Positions 9,331 through 17,939 of a stretch of DNA of 64,000 nucleotides are shown here, piece after piece. Source of the stretch: a virus; IMG/VR virus record IMGVR_UViG_3300049491_000383, positions 72,080-136,079 of that record. The stretch is one strand, 5' to 3'. A program made the translations under genes and the position numbers. The notes under the pieces were generated by a model. The model worked only from the letters and a program-made list of their open reading frames with translations. It was not told where the DNA came from and searched no databases. Each line of letters begins with the position of its first letter. The first letter of the stretch is position 1.

Positions 9331-9609
9331 TTATCCTTTTGCAATTTTCCTGGCTGCAGAAATCTCGTTTTGGAACTCTTCTCTATTTCTAGCAAACAGA
9401 TCCCTGACTTCATCTCCAGTTAGTTCCCTGAATCTTCCGTCGGTCCATTCACTGTATGGACGAATCCATGCTTCTCGATCAAATGGCCAAACATGATTAT
9501 ATACAGTCCAGAGACTTTTGTCAACGGTACTCTTTGCCTCTGGCACAAGAACTTCATAGACACCACCATACCGGTGTTGGTAATATTTGTATACTTGTGG
9601 TTTTGTCAT
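9331..9609 (-). CDS. DUF1653-like protein
   Basis: YQHRYGGVYEVL...WIRP..W.DGRF. Confidence 0.65.
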   Translation of the reverse strand: MTKPQVYKYYQHRYGGVYEVLVPEAKSTVDKSLWTVYNHVWPFDREAWIRPYSEWTDGRFRELTGDEVRDLFARNREEFQNEISAARKIAKG

Positions 9610-9806
9610 TTCTTGATCGGGGTTGCAGGTGTGATAGTAACCGCACTGGCTGCCTGTGCAGGAGCAATAGCCTTCTGTTCCTTAACTTCCGGTTTTGGAT
9701 AAACTTTGATTGTTGGAATCAATCCGAGATCCTTGATAGGAAGTGTTGGTTGTGTTTGGGCAAGGGAGCAAACAGGAATCAATGCAACAATTAGAAAATA
9801 TTTCAT
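9606..9806 (-). CDS. small secreted hypothetical protein
   Basis: Signal-peptide-like N-terminus. Confidence 0.45.
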   Translation of the reverse strand: MKYFLIVALIPVCSLAQTQPTLPIKDLGLIPTIKVYPKPEVKEQKAIAPAQAASAVTITPATPIKK

Positions 9807-10546
9807 TATTGATTAGGTACAACTGTTGTATCTCTCCTTGGTCCGGTTAATGGTGGTAAATCAGTACGTTTTCCATCCCAATTTACTCCGTTGCATAATT
9901 GGTATGTGGTGGAACCAATTCGTGCATTTGCACAAAGGTCTGCAAGCTGAGCTCTAATTTGAGCATTCCTTGCCTCGACTGCAATTTTTCTATCATTAGC
10001 AATATTGAATTGATCAAAATTGCTCTTCATAGTATCGGAAATTTGATTAATTCGATCTGTTTGGCGCTTGATAACATCACGAATTGGAGCAAGTCTTGAA
10101 CGATCTAAATCTGTTACCATACCACGGATGGTTGCATCCCCGGATGATTTCATGTTGTTGATTCTTGCAGTGTAGGTTGCATTCATTGACATACACCAAT
10201 CATATCGAGCCTGCGGCAATTGACCGGTGCAACCAAACCCGTTGTATTCTGCCACTACTGCATCAATGCCAGCTTGTAAGGCTGCCTTCTTATCGTCAAT
10301 TTCTTTCTGCGCTACCACTGTAGCAGAAGCAAGGTTCTTATTCTGTTGATCTCTATTATCAGCCAGTACCCTGTTTTCCTTCATCAGGCGTTCATTTTCA
10401 AGAGTAAATCCCGAAAGTGTTCCTTGTAATGAAGTTGATTCCTGCAGACCGGCGCTTAAATCCGACATAAGGCTCGGAACAGTTACCTGCGAATACGCGG
10501 CAACAGATACAAAGCAGAGTGCAATCAGGGACATTTTGAATTTCAT
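9806..10546 (-). CDS. secreted coiled-coil hypothetical protein
   Basis: Signal peptide and heptad-rich body. Confidence 0.55.
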   Translation of the reverse strand: MKFKMSLIALCFVSVAAYSQVTVPSLMSDLSAGLQESTSLQGTLSGFTLENERLMKENRVLADNRDQQNKNLASATVVAQKEIDDKKAALQAGIDAVVAEYNGFGCTGQLPQARYDWCMSMNATYTARINNMKSSGDATIRGMVTDLDRSRLAPIRDVIKRQTDRINQISDTMKSNFDQFNIANDRKIAVEARNAQIRAQLADLCANARIGSTTYQLCNGVNWDGKRTDLPPLTGPRRDTTVVPNQ

Positions 10547-10565
10547 AAGTTCACCTTTGTGTGTA

Positions 10566-10639
10566 TGGAGCGGGATAGGAGAATCGAACTCCTTTGACTA
10601 GCTTGGAAGGCTAGGACACAACCAATATGCCAATCCCGC
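10566..10639 (-). tRNA. tRNA-Gly(TCC)
   Basis: Loop CT-TCC-AA, U73, CCA. Confidence 0.92.
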
Positions 10640-10640
10640 G

Positions 10641-11801
10641 TTATTTAAGATATTCTTTTAGATACTCTTCTGTTCTCTCAGCTAATACTGGATCAAAAGT
10701 AACATTCTGTAAGAAGCTATTAAACTGCTCAATTGTATTTAGTTCTTTCTGATCCAACAATTTTTGCAATCGGTCGTTAATTTCAATTCGGGCCATTTGA
10801 TCAACTATACCCGATTTCATCGAAGTTACATCAGTCTCAGAAATCGGGTTGATGTCAAATGTTATACCCTTAAACCCTTCTTGTCTAAGCTTCAATACAT
10901 ATTCCATTATATCTCTAACATTCATATAATTCATAATATTCATTGTGAACTTTATGATAATATTAGTATTTGGGTATTGTTTTCTTCTTTCCTGTAAACC
11001 CGACACAATGATCTTAAAATTTCGATCCCAGAGATTCCAGTTTAAATATTTGCGTGTTGGATTTTCACCAATTGCATCAAGACTACACATTAATACGATG
11101 TTAGGATGCTTATCAACAATACCATTTAGGATACCAAGTACGGCAGATCCATAAGATAGATTTGTAATAATAGAAATATACCTATTAGAATCAAATGGCA
11201 GAGCCATCATAAAATCAATGCAATCTTGGTCAAGCATTGGTTCACCACCAGTTACTTGCACGTTTTTAAGCAAGTTTACATCAAGTATATCGTGTATTCT
11301 TCTTGCTTCTGCAGGTCTTACTGCAATGCCTTTGAATTTAGTAAATCTCGATTGCTGATCTTCCCACATCGATGATACAGTCGGGTAGCAATAAACGCAC
11401 ATCAATTGACACTTGTTTGAAAATGCAATTTCAGCATTTCTAACAGGTTGATATACATCCAGATTTTTCCAATCTAATGGTCTACTGTCGTGGTGTGAGT
11501 GGCGGCGCCTGTATGATGGACCACCATCGTCGTCAATTTTCCAGCAAGAAGTGCATTGCGCATTCCTCTTGTTATCCTTAATGTCCCGACGAAGTTCAAT
11601 AAACTTCTTATTCAGTACACCTGTAACAGGATCAATTGGACTTGAACGAACTTTACAACAGGGAGAAACACTGTTGTCATAGAGATGAATCTGAGGCAAT
11701 CCAGTAAATGGAATTGTGCAACGATTATCTTGTGTCATAAATGTGACCCCATTGCCTTGTTCCACACTTCCCGTAAGTAGGAGGCTAGAGGGGGCATTCA
11801 C
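10641..11801 (-). CDS. radical SAM protein with N-terminal twitch/SPASM-like Cys domain
   Basis: CQLMCVYC, VTGGEP, N-terminal C..PF, CC and C..CW. Confidence 0.85.
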   Translation of the reverse strand: MNAPSSLLLTGSVEQGNGVTFMTQDNRCTIPFTGLPQIHLYDNSVSPCCKVRSSPIDPVTGVLNKKFIELRRDIKDNKRNAQCTSCWKIDDDGGPSYRRRHSHHDSRPLDWKNLDVYQPVRNAEIAFSNKCQLMCVYCYPTVSSMWEDQQSRFTKFKGIAVRPAEARRIHDILDVNLLKNVQVTGGEPMLDQDCIDFMMALPFDSNRYISIITNLSYGSAVLGILNGIVDKHPNIVLMCSLDAIGENPTRKYLNWNLWDRNFKIIVSGLQERRKQYPNTNIIIKFTMNIMNYMNVRDIMEYVLKLRQEGFKGITFDINPISETDVTSMKSGIVDQMARIEINDRLQKLLDQKELNTIEQFNSFLQNVTFDPVLAERTEEYLKEYLK

Positions 11802-11850
11802 CTCTTAATGCAGATGCTTTTAGAAACGATGCGCATCCACAAAATGAATT

Positions 11851-12051
11851 CTATACTACCAGTATCTGGTCTTCTGTCAGACCAATATCAACGCCTGTGT
11901 CAAGTTCAATGAGTTTATTCAGTGATGGCACAATGTCTTTTCTTGCTTTTTCTTTGTCCTTACTTGCAACATAGAAACCAGGAAAATCATCACAGATATA
12001 TATATGCCATCCATCAGTTTCCTTATGTTGAACTAGGACGGGAAAGTTCAT
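11851..12051 (-). CDS. HicB-like small protein
   Basis: W...C.DFPGF......E.A pattern. Confidence 0.4.
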   Translation of the reverse strand: MNFPVLVQHKETDGWHIYICDDFPGFYVASKDKEKARKDIVPSLNKLIELDTGVDIGLTEDQILVV

Positions 12052-12287
12052 GCAACCGAATTCCTAATGTCTTGTGCTGTACGGATTTCGTCTGCTTGAC
12101 GGATTAGGAATCGACCAAGTTGCTCAACCTGAGTAGGTGTTAGAAACATTTCACTACATCCACGAATTTCTTCGGGAAGAACGTGACGATCAAACTTGAC
12201 ATAAACCGATTCGGAGTACTCGTCGCTTTCGCGAACAGTTACATCGATTGTGAATGTCGGATTTGCATTAATTCTGAGTTGTGCCAT
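12048..12287 (-). CDS. hypothetical protein
   Basis: 79-aa ORF. Confidence 0.5.
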   Translation of the reverse strand: MAQLRINANPTFTIDVTVRESDEYSESVYVKFDRHVLPEEIRGCSEMFLTPTQVEQLGRFLIRQADEIRTAQDIRNSVA

Positions 12288-12304
12288 TTTGATTCCAAGT
12301 TAAT

Positions 12305-12380
12305 TGGTGCCCCCGCCATGATTCGAACACGGGACCCCCGCATTACAAGTGCGGTGCTCTACCAGCTGAGCTACAAGGGC
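12305..12380 (-). tRNA. tRNA-Thr(TGT)
   Basis: Canonical cloverleaf, loop CT-TGT-AA. Confidence 0.93.
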
Positions 12381-12433
12381 ATATCCTTATTTAGTATCTT
12401 ATTTTACAGCATTGTTCTTATATGGTCAAGCAC

Positions 12434-13255
12434 TCAATTAATTGAGCAAACTGCGCTCTTGGCCTTGTTAGCGCTCTTGGTCCGCGAGGGCCAAATTGTA
12501 TCTGCAAATTTCGCCTGTTTTGGCATAGGAAACACAAGCTTAGAGTCCTTTTGTACCTGTGCCAAGCTCGTCACAAATTGGTTCAACGAACCTTTTCCAG
12601 TTTCGTGCTTAAATTCAAACACAATAACTTCGTTGGTTTCAAGATCGACCAAAATCTTGTAGAATCCGTTTGGAACAGTTACCATGCTAGTACCGATTGT
12701 CTTATCTTGAGCTCTATTATAGACTGGGCCAGCATAGATTAGAATCCTGTGATCGCGATTAACTGCCCACGCGCGTGTCTGGGCTTCAAGCTTACTCCAA
12801 ATTCCGCGATTGAATGCTGGCAACTGTGGAGTCATGTTTGAAAGGATAAAACTTTCACGAGCTACTTCTGGATCCCAACTCATGTCTGCCGAGTTAGCAA
12901 TGTGACCCATATCATATCCGGATTTACTGTAATCCTTAACTTCTGCACGTTTATCTGCTGGAAGTGATCGATCAGATTTGAATGCACTTAGGCGCTTTTC
13001 GCAACCGGTTGCATTTGCTGGAGTAAGGACATAGGCAACCCACTGTGGGATCTTTGCCTTGTTATCGTGCTCAAGGAAATACGCTTTTCTGCAAATTAGG
13101 GTTGTATCCTGTTTTGCACCTGTTGGTTGACCAAACGGAACCTGTGCAGCACATTGCTTCACATCCAATGGATCTGACTGTGATTGTGCATTGGCTGTTG
13201 AAGCGAACGCAACTAGAATGGTAAGGAGTATATTTTTGATCATAAAAAAGCCCAT
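12434..13255 (-). CDS. DNA/RNA non-specific endonuclease (NucA/EndA family), secreted
   Basis: Signal peptide, SGYDMGH, SNMTPQ...FNRGIW..LE. Confidence 0.9.
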   Translation of the reverse strand: MGFFMIKNILLTILVAFASTANAQSQSDPLDVKQCAAQVPFGQPTGAKQDTTLICRKAYFLEHDNKAKIPQWVAYVLTPANATGCEKRLSAFKSDRSLPADKRAEVKDYSKSGYDMGHIANSADMSWDPEVARESFILSNMTPQLPAFNRGIWSKLEAQTRAWAVNRDHRILIYAGPVYNRAQDKTIGTSMVTVPNGFYKILVDLETNEVIVFEFKHETGKGSLNQFVTSLAQVQKDSKLVFPMPKQAKFADTIWPSRTKSANKAKSAVCSIN

Positions 13256-13305
13256 GTGATAATATACGTATTTATCACAGGGGCTGTCTACCTGGAGCGG
13301 GCAAG

Positions 13306-13494
13306 TTATTTCTTAGCAGGTGCTGCTACTTTCTTTGCCTTTTTTGCCTTCTTGACTTTCTTCTTTGCTGGTGTTGCCTTCTTGGCAGCGACAGCAGATG
13401 CTGCCTTTGCTGGTGCGGGTGCTACTGGAGCAGCAGCTGATGCACCAAACGACACTGCTAGTAGAACTGCAAGTGCTAATAGTGATTTCTTCAT
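13306..13494 (-). CDS. small secreted Lys/Ala-rich protein (Asr-like)
   Basis: MKKSLLALAVLLAVSFGASA followed by an AKK-rich tail; the ORF-track start overlaps a tRNA. Confidence 0.6.
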   Translation of the reverse strand: MKKSLLALAVLLAVSFGASAAAPVAPAPAKAASAVAAKKATPAKKKVKKAKKAKKVAAPAKK

Positions 13495-13511
13495 ATAATT
13501 CCTTTTTGTTA

Positions 13512-13587
13512 TGGAGCGGGTAAGGAGGCTCGAACTCCTGACATCTTGCTTGGCAAGCAAGCTCTCTACCAACTGAGATACACCCGC
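13512..13587 (-). tRNA. tRNA-Gly(GCC)
   Basis: Loop TT-GCC-AA, U73. Confidence 0.92.
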
Positions 13588-13603
13588 GGCAATCTATATT
13601 TAT

Positions 13604-14002
13604 CTAGTATAACGGAAGTCCCAATGATTTGCGACCTCTACCCTTATTTGCCGCACCACGATGTGGTGATTGACTGTGACAGTTGGGGCAGATTAGGCGA
13701 ACATTAGATGGTTTATCATCTGCAGAATTTCCATCAATATGATCAACCTCAAGTGTGATAGATTTCCCTAACCAATCAGTTACTGTGCAACCTTCATTTT
13801 CACAATTATATCCACGGTCTTTTGTAAGATATTTTCGTATGGTGGGACGATCAATCTTCTTTTCTAATGTCCCCGAATACCAGGCCTCTTTGTGTAGCTT
13901 TGATTTGTGCAATCCTCTGCATGTATTTGAACAATACTTTCCAGAAAACTGATGTGGAGAATATTCAAAATCTTTTTGACAATTAAGACAAGTAGCTTCC
14001 AT
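13604..14002 (-). CDS. HNH homing endonuclease
   Basis: YCS..C, LEVDHIDGN...N.RLICPNCH. Confidence 0.9.
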   Translation of the reverse strand: MEATCLNCQKDFEYSPHQFSGKYCSNTCRGLHKSKLHKEAWYSGTLEKKIDRPTIRKYLTKDRGYNCENEGCTVTDWLGKSITLEVDHIDGNSADDKPSNVRLICPNCHSQSPHRGAANKGRGRKSLGLPLY

Positions 14003-14095
14003 GGTAGAGTCCTTTTGATTTATTTATCACTCTACCGCACTCACTCAGTCGAAAAGGAGAGTCTCCAGACTCTCCTGCTCTACGCTACCGACCTC

Positions 14096-15529
14096 TTAGA
14101 AGTCGTAACGCTGGACCATGACGGTCTTCAGCATGATGCTGATCGGTGTCATTTCTTCACCACCTAGCACTGACTTAACAATGCTTGGAGAGAAGCCAGA
14201 CACAAGAGCTGCACCAGCCTTGTTATAGGTCACCGGGCTGTTACCGGCGCGGCCGTTCAAGTTCCAGAATACAACCTGCGGTACCTTGTACCCTGCAGCC
14301 TGATATTCCTTCTCGATGAACTCCATCGCCGATACGCTAACCGGGCCGCCGCCTGTCGAGTAACGACCGCTCTTACCAGTACCACCCGAAGTGATGCACT
14401 GGTCGAATTCCATGTCCGACAAGATCAAGACCTTTGTCGGCATTTCCTTCTGCGGAACCTTACCCTTGATTGCGGCAGACAAGATTAACTTGAATACTGC
14501 ACCCAGGTCGGTGTTCATTCCCCAATCCGAACGTTCCATCTGGTTGAAACGCTGTTCCAAAGTACCAGACAACTTTACCATCTGTGGCGAACCAGAGAAA
14601 GTAACGAACTGATCCTTGAACACACCACCCATACGCTCGGAAGTGTACAGGCCAAGTGATACAGCTACGTCCAGCGCAGTTACGCTACCGGATACGGCCA
14701 CACCGCTCATCGAGCCCGAAACGTCAACAACCGGTAGGATGTTTTCGTCAGAACCTTCCAAGTAGTTAGGCAATGCCTTCCACTGTGCGTTTGCAACAGC
14801 CTTGTCACCGTTACGAAGCGAACGGATCACATCGTAAGGGTACGCAACCGAAGCGTTGATCTTGGCTTCACCAGATTCCAACTTCTCCTTGTACTTTGCG
14901 TAACCGGCCGGGTCGTGCTTCAAGAATGCCTTCTGGTAACGACCAGCAGCAACTGAAGGAACGTGTGGGTACACGATTCCAGTCCAGTCCTGAGCGCACA
15001 TCTTCTGTTCAACAGTGTTGGACAGACCGACCAAAAGCTTACGGTAAGCCTTAGGAGTCAACTTCATGTACGAACGGATCTTGTTGGCTTGTTCGCCCTG
15101 ACGCGGCATCCACTTCGCGCACAGACCGTCTTGCACGTCGTTCAACGCGAAAGCAATCATGCGCAGAGCATCACGCTCCAGCACAGTACCAAAAGTCATC
15201 AAGACGTCGTCCCAACGACCAAGTTCGGGAACCTTCACCAACAGGCGTTCTGCAAGCTTCGGCTCGGAACGGATTACGTAACCGAACAGCTTACGGAAAG
15301 TTTCACGCTCACCCGCACCACCACGTGCGTCACGAGCCCATTCAAGGACACGGATCGCAACTTCGGAGTCTTCCACCAAAGCACCTGCGAAAGTGCTTGT
15401 GATGTCCTTACCACGGCTTGCACCGGCCAAGAAGAAGAGGTCCACGTTCTTGTTCAAAGACGAGGAGTTTGTAACTGCGCCGTTGGAAGTTACTGCGGAT
15501 GCGTTTACGGCTTCAAATAGTGTTGTCAT
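14096..15529 (-). CDS. DUF2828-type Ro60/TROVE-like protein with C-terminal vWA domain
   Basis: T.NGA...SS...VDLFF, RD.RGG.GER, GRWDD, AKWMPR, MIDAS DVSGSM, TDL..VF, SDMEFD, VFWNL, VSGFS. Confidence 0.85.
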   Translation of the reverse strand: MTTLFEAVNASAVTSNGAVTNSSSLNKNVDLFFLAGASRGKDITSTFAGALVEDSEVAIRVLEWARDARGGAGERETFRKLFGYVIRSEPKLAERLLVKVPELGRWDDVLMTFGTVLERDALRMIAFALNDVQDGLCAKWMPRQGEQANKIRSYMKLTPKAYRKLLVGLSNTVEQKMCAQDWTGIVYPHVPSVAAGRYQKAFLKHDPAGYAKYKEKLESGEAKINASVAYPYDVIRSLRNGDKAVANAQWKALPNYLEGSDENILPVVDVSGSMSGVAVSGSVTALDVAVSLGLYTSERMGGVFKDQFVTFSGSPQMVKLSGTLEQRFNQMERSDWGMNTDLGAVFKLILSAAIKGKVPQKEMPTKVLILSDMEFDQCITSGGTGKSGRYSTGGGPVSVSAMEFIEKEYQAAGYKVPQVVFWNLNGRAGNSPVTYNKAGAALVSGFSPSIVKSVLGGEEMTPISIMLKTVMVQRYDF

Positions 15530-15546
15530 TTTGTTTTTCCTTTATC

Positions 15547-15666
15547 AGAATCAGTTTTACTTTGCCTGCTGCTCTACCAACTGAGCTACCTCACTATTTC
15601 TAGTGAAGGCGGGACTCGAACCCACGACCGTCTGGTTATATTAAGTTTTGTTGCGGAATTGATTCT
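15547..15666 (-). ncRNA. YrlA-like circularly permuted tRNA mimic closed by the CMGCAA helix (family member A)
   Basis: AGAATCA-ATTCCGCAAC...T-arm GTGGG-TTCGAGT-CCCGC, acceptor stem closed by GAAA, D-arm GCTC-AGTTGGTA-GAGC...TGATTCT. Confidence 0.8.
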
Positions 15667-15724
15667 TTATTATAGAGAGGTATTCGATACAACTCAGTGT
15701 TCGGATACATCCATAAATAAAATC

Positions 15725-15823
15725 AGATTAGCTTTTGGCGAGTTTTTGCTTTCCCCTCCGGAAAGGTTCTTTGACCCGAAGGCCAAATAGTTCATGGTTT
15801 TATTTTGTTGCTGTAACTAATCT
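15725..15823 (-). ncRNA. CAGCAA-helix RNA with two internal hairpins (member B)
   Basis: AGATTAG-TTACAGCAAC...TTTGGCC-TTCG-GGTCAAA, CTTTCC/GGAAAG...CTAATCT. Confidence 0.7.
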
Positions 15824-15845
15824 TTAGTGTTTGCAAGTGTCTACT

Positions 15846-16226
15846 TTATACTTCTTCCACAATCTCGTCAATGAATTCAGTTACGTATCCGGGGTTTGGG
15901 CAACTTACAGCCGGGTCAACAAGAATTGTTGCTCCAATTGTAATCTCTTCATCGTCGGAATCAACCAACTCATAAGAGATATAGTAACCACCGGTGCCTG
16001 TAAACGAATGCCATTCATCGGGGAGTTCAACCTTGAGTTGCTTCTCTTTGATGATTACCTTAGCATTATTCATTGCACCCCTTCGAATCATCTCCTGAAT
16101 GCTTTTCATTACATCAAAAACATTCTGGGGTTCCGAAGGCCATTTAGTAACGCTCGTATTCTTCTCCCAAATAAAGGCTGCGGCCTCGTGTAAGGCTGCG
16201 AGAGGATACGATACATTAACAATCAT
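15846..16226 (-). CDS. hypothetical protein embedded between family RNAs
   Basis: 126-aa ORF. Confidence 0.55.
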   Translation of the reverse strand: MIVNVSYPLAALHEAAAFIWEKNTSVTKWPSEPQNVFDVMKSIQEMIRRGAMNNAKVIIKEKQLKVELPDEWHSFTGTGGYYISYELVDSDDEEITIGATILVDPAVSCPNPGYVTEFIDEIVEEV

Positions 16227-16251
16227 TGTGCTTCTTTCTAAAGTAGAAAAC

Positions 16252-16511
16252 AGAGTGATGTCAGGGACAAACTTTTCATCCGGAGATTACTAACTTTGCT
16301 AAGAGAGCCTAACCCCTCGTTCGAACCTTTTACATCGTCCTAGGATGTTTGCTGTACGTAACATCTGGTTTCAACGCCATGCTTCTTGAGGCTATAGCTC
16401 CACCAGAATTACTAATGCACACCTTCAACGGGTTGCCCCTCCACTATGCATCTTTTAACCAGCGCCATGATACGGATTTTACGCCGTGAATTGGTTTGCT
16501 GTATTCACTCT
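16252..16511 (-). ncRNA. large CAGCAA-helix RNA with two nested motif copies (member C)
   Basis: Outer AGAGTGA-ATACAGCAAA...TCACTCT; inner GATGTTA-CGTACAGCAAA...TGACATC. Confidence 0.65.
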
Positions 16512-16529
16512 TTGTATATAACAAGTCTT

Positions 16530-16559
16530 ATTATATAGTGTGTTTACTTATCCCGTCAA
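16530..16559 (-). promoter_or_regulatory. sigma70-type promoter for the RNA/DUF2828 operon
   Basis: TTGACG-18 nt-TATAAT. Confidence 0.6.
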
Positions 16560-16597
16560 CCTAAAACCGTTGCGATAATAGGTCAAAAATGACGGTT

Positions 16598-17344
16598 TTA
16601 TTTTTGCGATTGGACGTGTTGTAACTCTTTGTCAATGAAATCTGCACCACGCTTCAAAAGCCGCTTATAATCCGGAGAATTATTTTTATCTCGGAACATG
16701 CCTGCTACGTCATGTACTTCTAATTCATACTTGAGCATTTTGTGTGCCTTGTTTCGTGCCTCAATCTGTGGCAGGGCTGCAAGACGTTTGATCTTTGGTA
16801 CAAGAGAATTTAGGACTTGGACAAATCTAGCATTTATTTCTGCAGGCTGCGCCAGATACTTCATATCTGGAGCATAAGGATCGTTCTTCGACTTTCTATA
16901 TTCTTTATCTTTAGGAGTTGAATATCGCTTACTTGCTGCTACTCTGTATTCAGATTTAACATCGTCCAACATGTGTCTAAGTTCATGAGCTATCGTAGAC
17001 TTCATGAAATCCGATGATAGATAATCAGAGTTAAATATCATTGATTTAGTATTTGCATCCCAGAGGCCGCCAGGTGCATCTTTAGTGCCCGGATTTTCTT
17101 TTCTGACACGATCCAATAATGCAGAGTCGGACATGATGACAATCTTTATGTCATCTATTCCCTCAAATGGTGTGTCGAGGATTTGCCCAATCTTCCCTAC
17201 ATACAATGTTTCAGTATTTTCGTCGTCCCAATCTAAATCCTGATCTGCATATTTTTGCAGGAAAGAATAAAGCGGGTCAGCTAGGGAGATTAGTGCCCTA
17301 TCTTCTTCTGTAGTTTCAACTAGGAATAATTCTTGCAGTCTCAT
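16598..17344 (-). CDS. zincin-like metallopeptidase-motif protein
   Basis: HELRH motif and Y...P.EINAR. Confidence 0.55.
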   Translation of the reverse strand: MRLQELFLVETTEEDRALISLADPLYSFLQKYADQDLDWDDENTETLYVGKIGQILDTPFEGIDDIKIVIMSDSALLDRVRKENPGTKDAPGGLWDANTKSMIFNSDYLSSDFMKSTIAHELRHMLDDVKSEYRVAASKRYSTPKDKEYRKSKNDPYAPDMKYLAQPAEINARFVQVLNSLVPKIKRLAALPQIEARNKAHKMLKYELEVHDVAGMFRDKNNSPDYKRLLKRGADFIDKELQHVQSQK

Positions 17345-17375
17345 AGCGTATCCTTGATACGCTATTTATCACAAA

Positions 17376-17762
17376 TCAGGTAACAGCAACACCACGAAGA
17401 ATGTCAAACTCGTTTGGACGAAGTTTGAGTTCAATCATGATATCGCGGCGCTCTTCGTCTGTCTTTTTGATCCAGGCAGTCATAGACTTTTCATCACCAC
17501 GCATATAGGATGGCATATTGCCATCAATCCATTTAGCAAGGTCCTTGAAACTCCTACCGCTCCATGAACTATCAGCTCGTAGTATGGCTGTCTGAAAGTT
17601 ATTCTTCAGCACTGCTTCCAGAAAGCTCCCTGGTGGCAATCCATAAGCCATGTAGTTCCACAATCCTTCCCGAATAGCATCTGGAACAGAATCAAAATAG
17701 GCAAATGTTGCCGTAAATTGCGGATGGATTGATCTGTAGTCCATAAGTGGCCTATATTCCAT
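17376..17762 (-). CDS. hypothetical protein
   Basis: 128-aa ORF (Y...G.PPGSFL.AVL.N). Confidence 0.55.
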   Translation of the reverse strand: MEYRPLMDYRSIHPQFTATFAYFDSVPDAIREGLWNYMAYGLPPGSFLEAVLKNNFQTAILRADSSWSGRSFKDLAKWIDGNMPSYMRGDEKSMTAWIKKTDEERRDIMIELKLRPNEFDILRGVAVT

Positions 17763-17939
17763 TAATGGATCTTGAATCCAGTAAGGTTAAGCAACCAGCC
17801 AAGAACGTAGAGCAGGGCCAACAATGGCCACGCAATTCCGAGCAGTAACGAGTCCTGTTTGGAGACAGAACTCTCGCGTGTGCGGTAAGCAACGATTCCA
17901 CCAATCAGAAAATAAATCAACAGTGCAGTTAAAATCATA

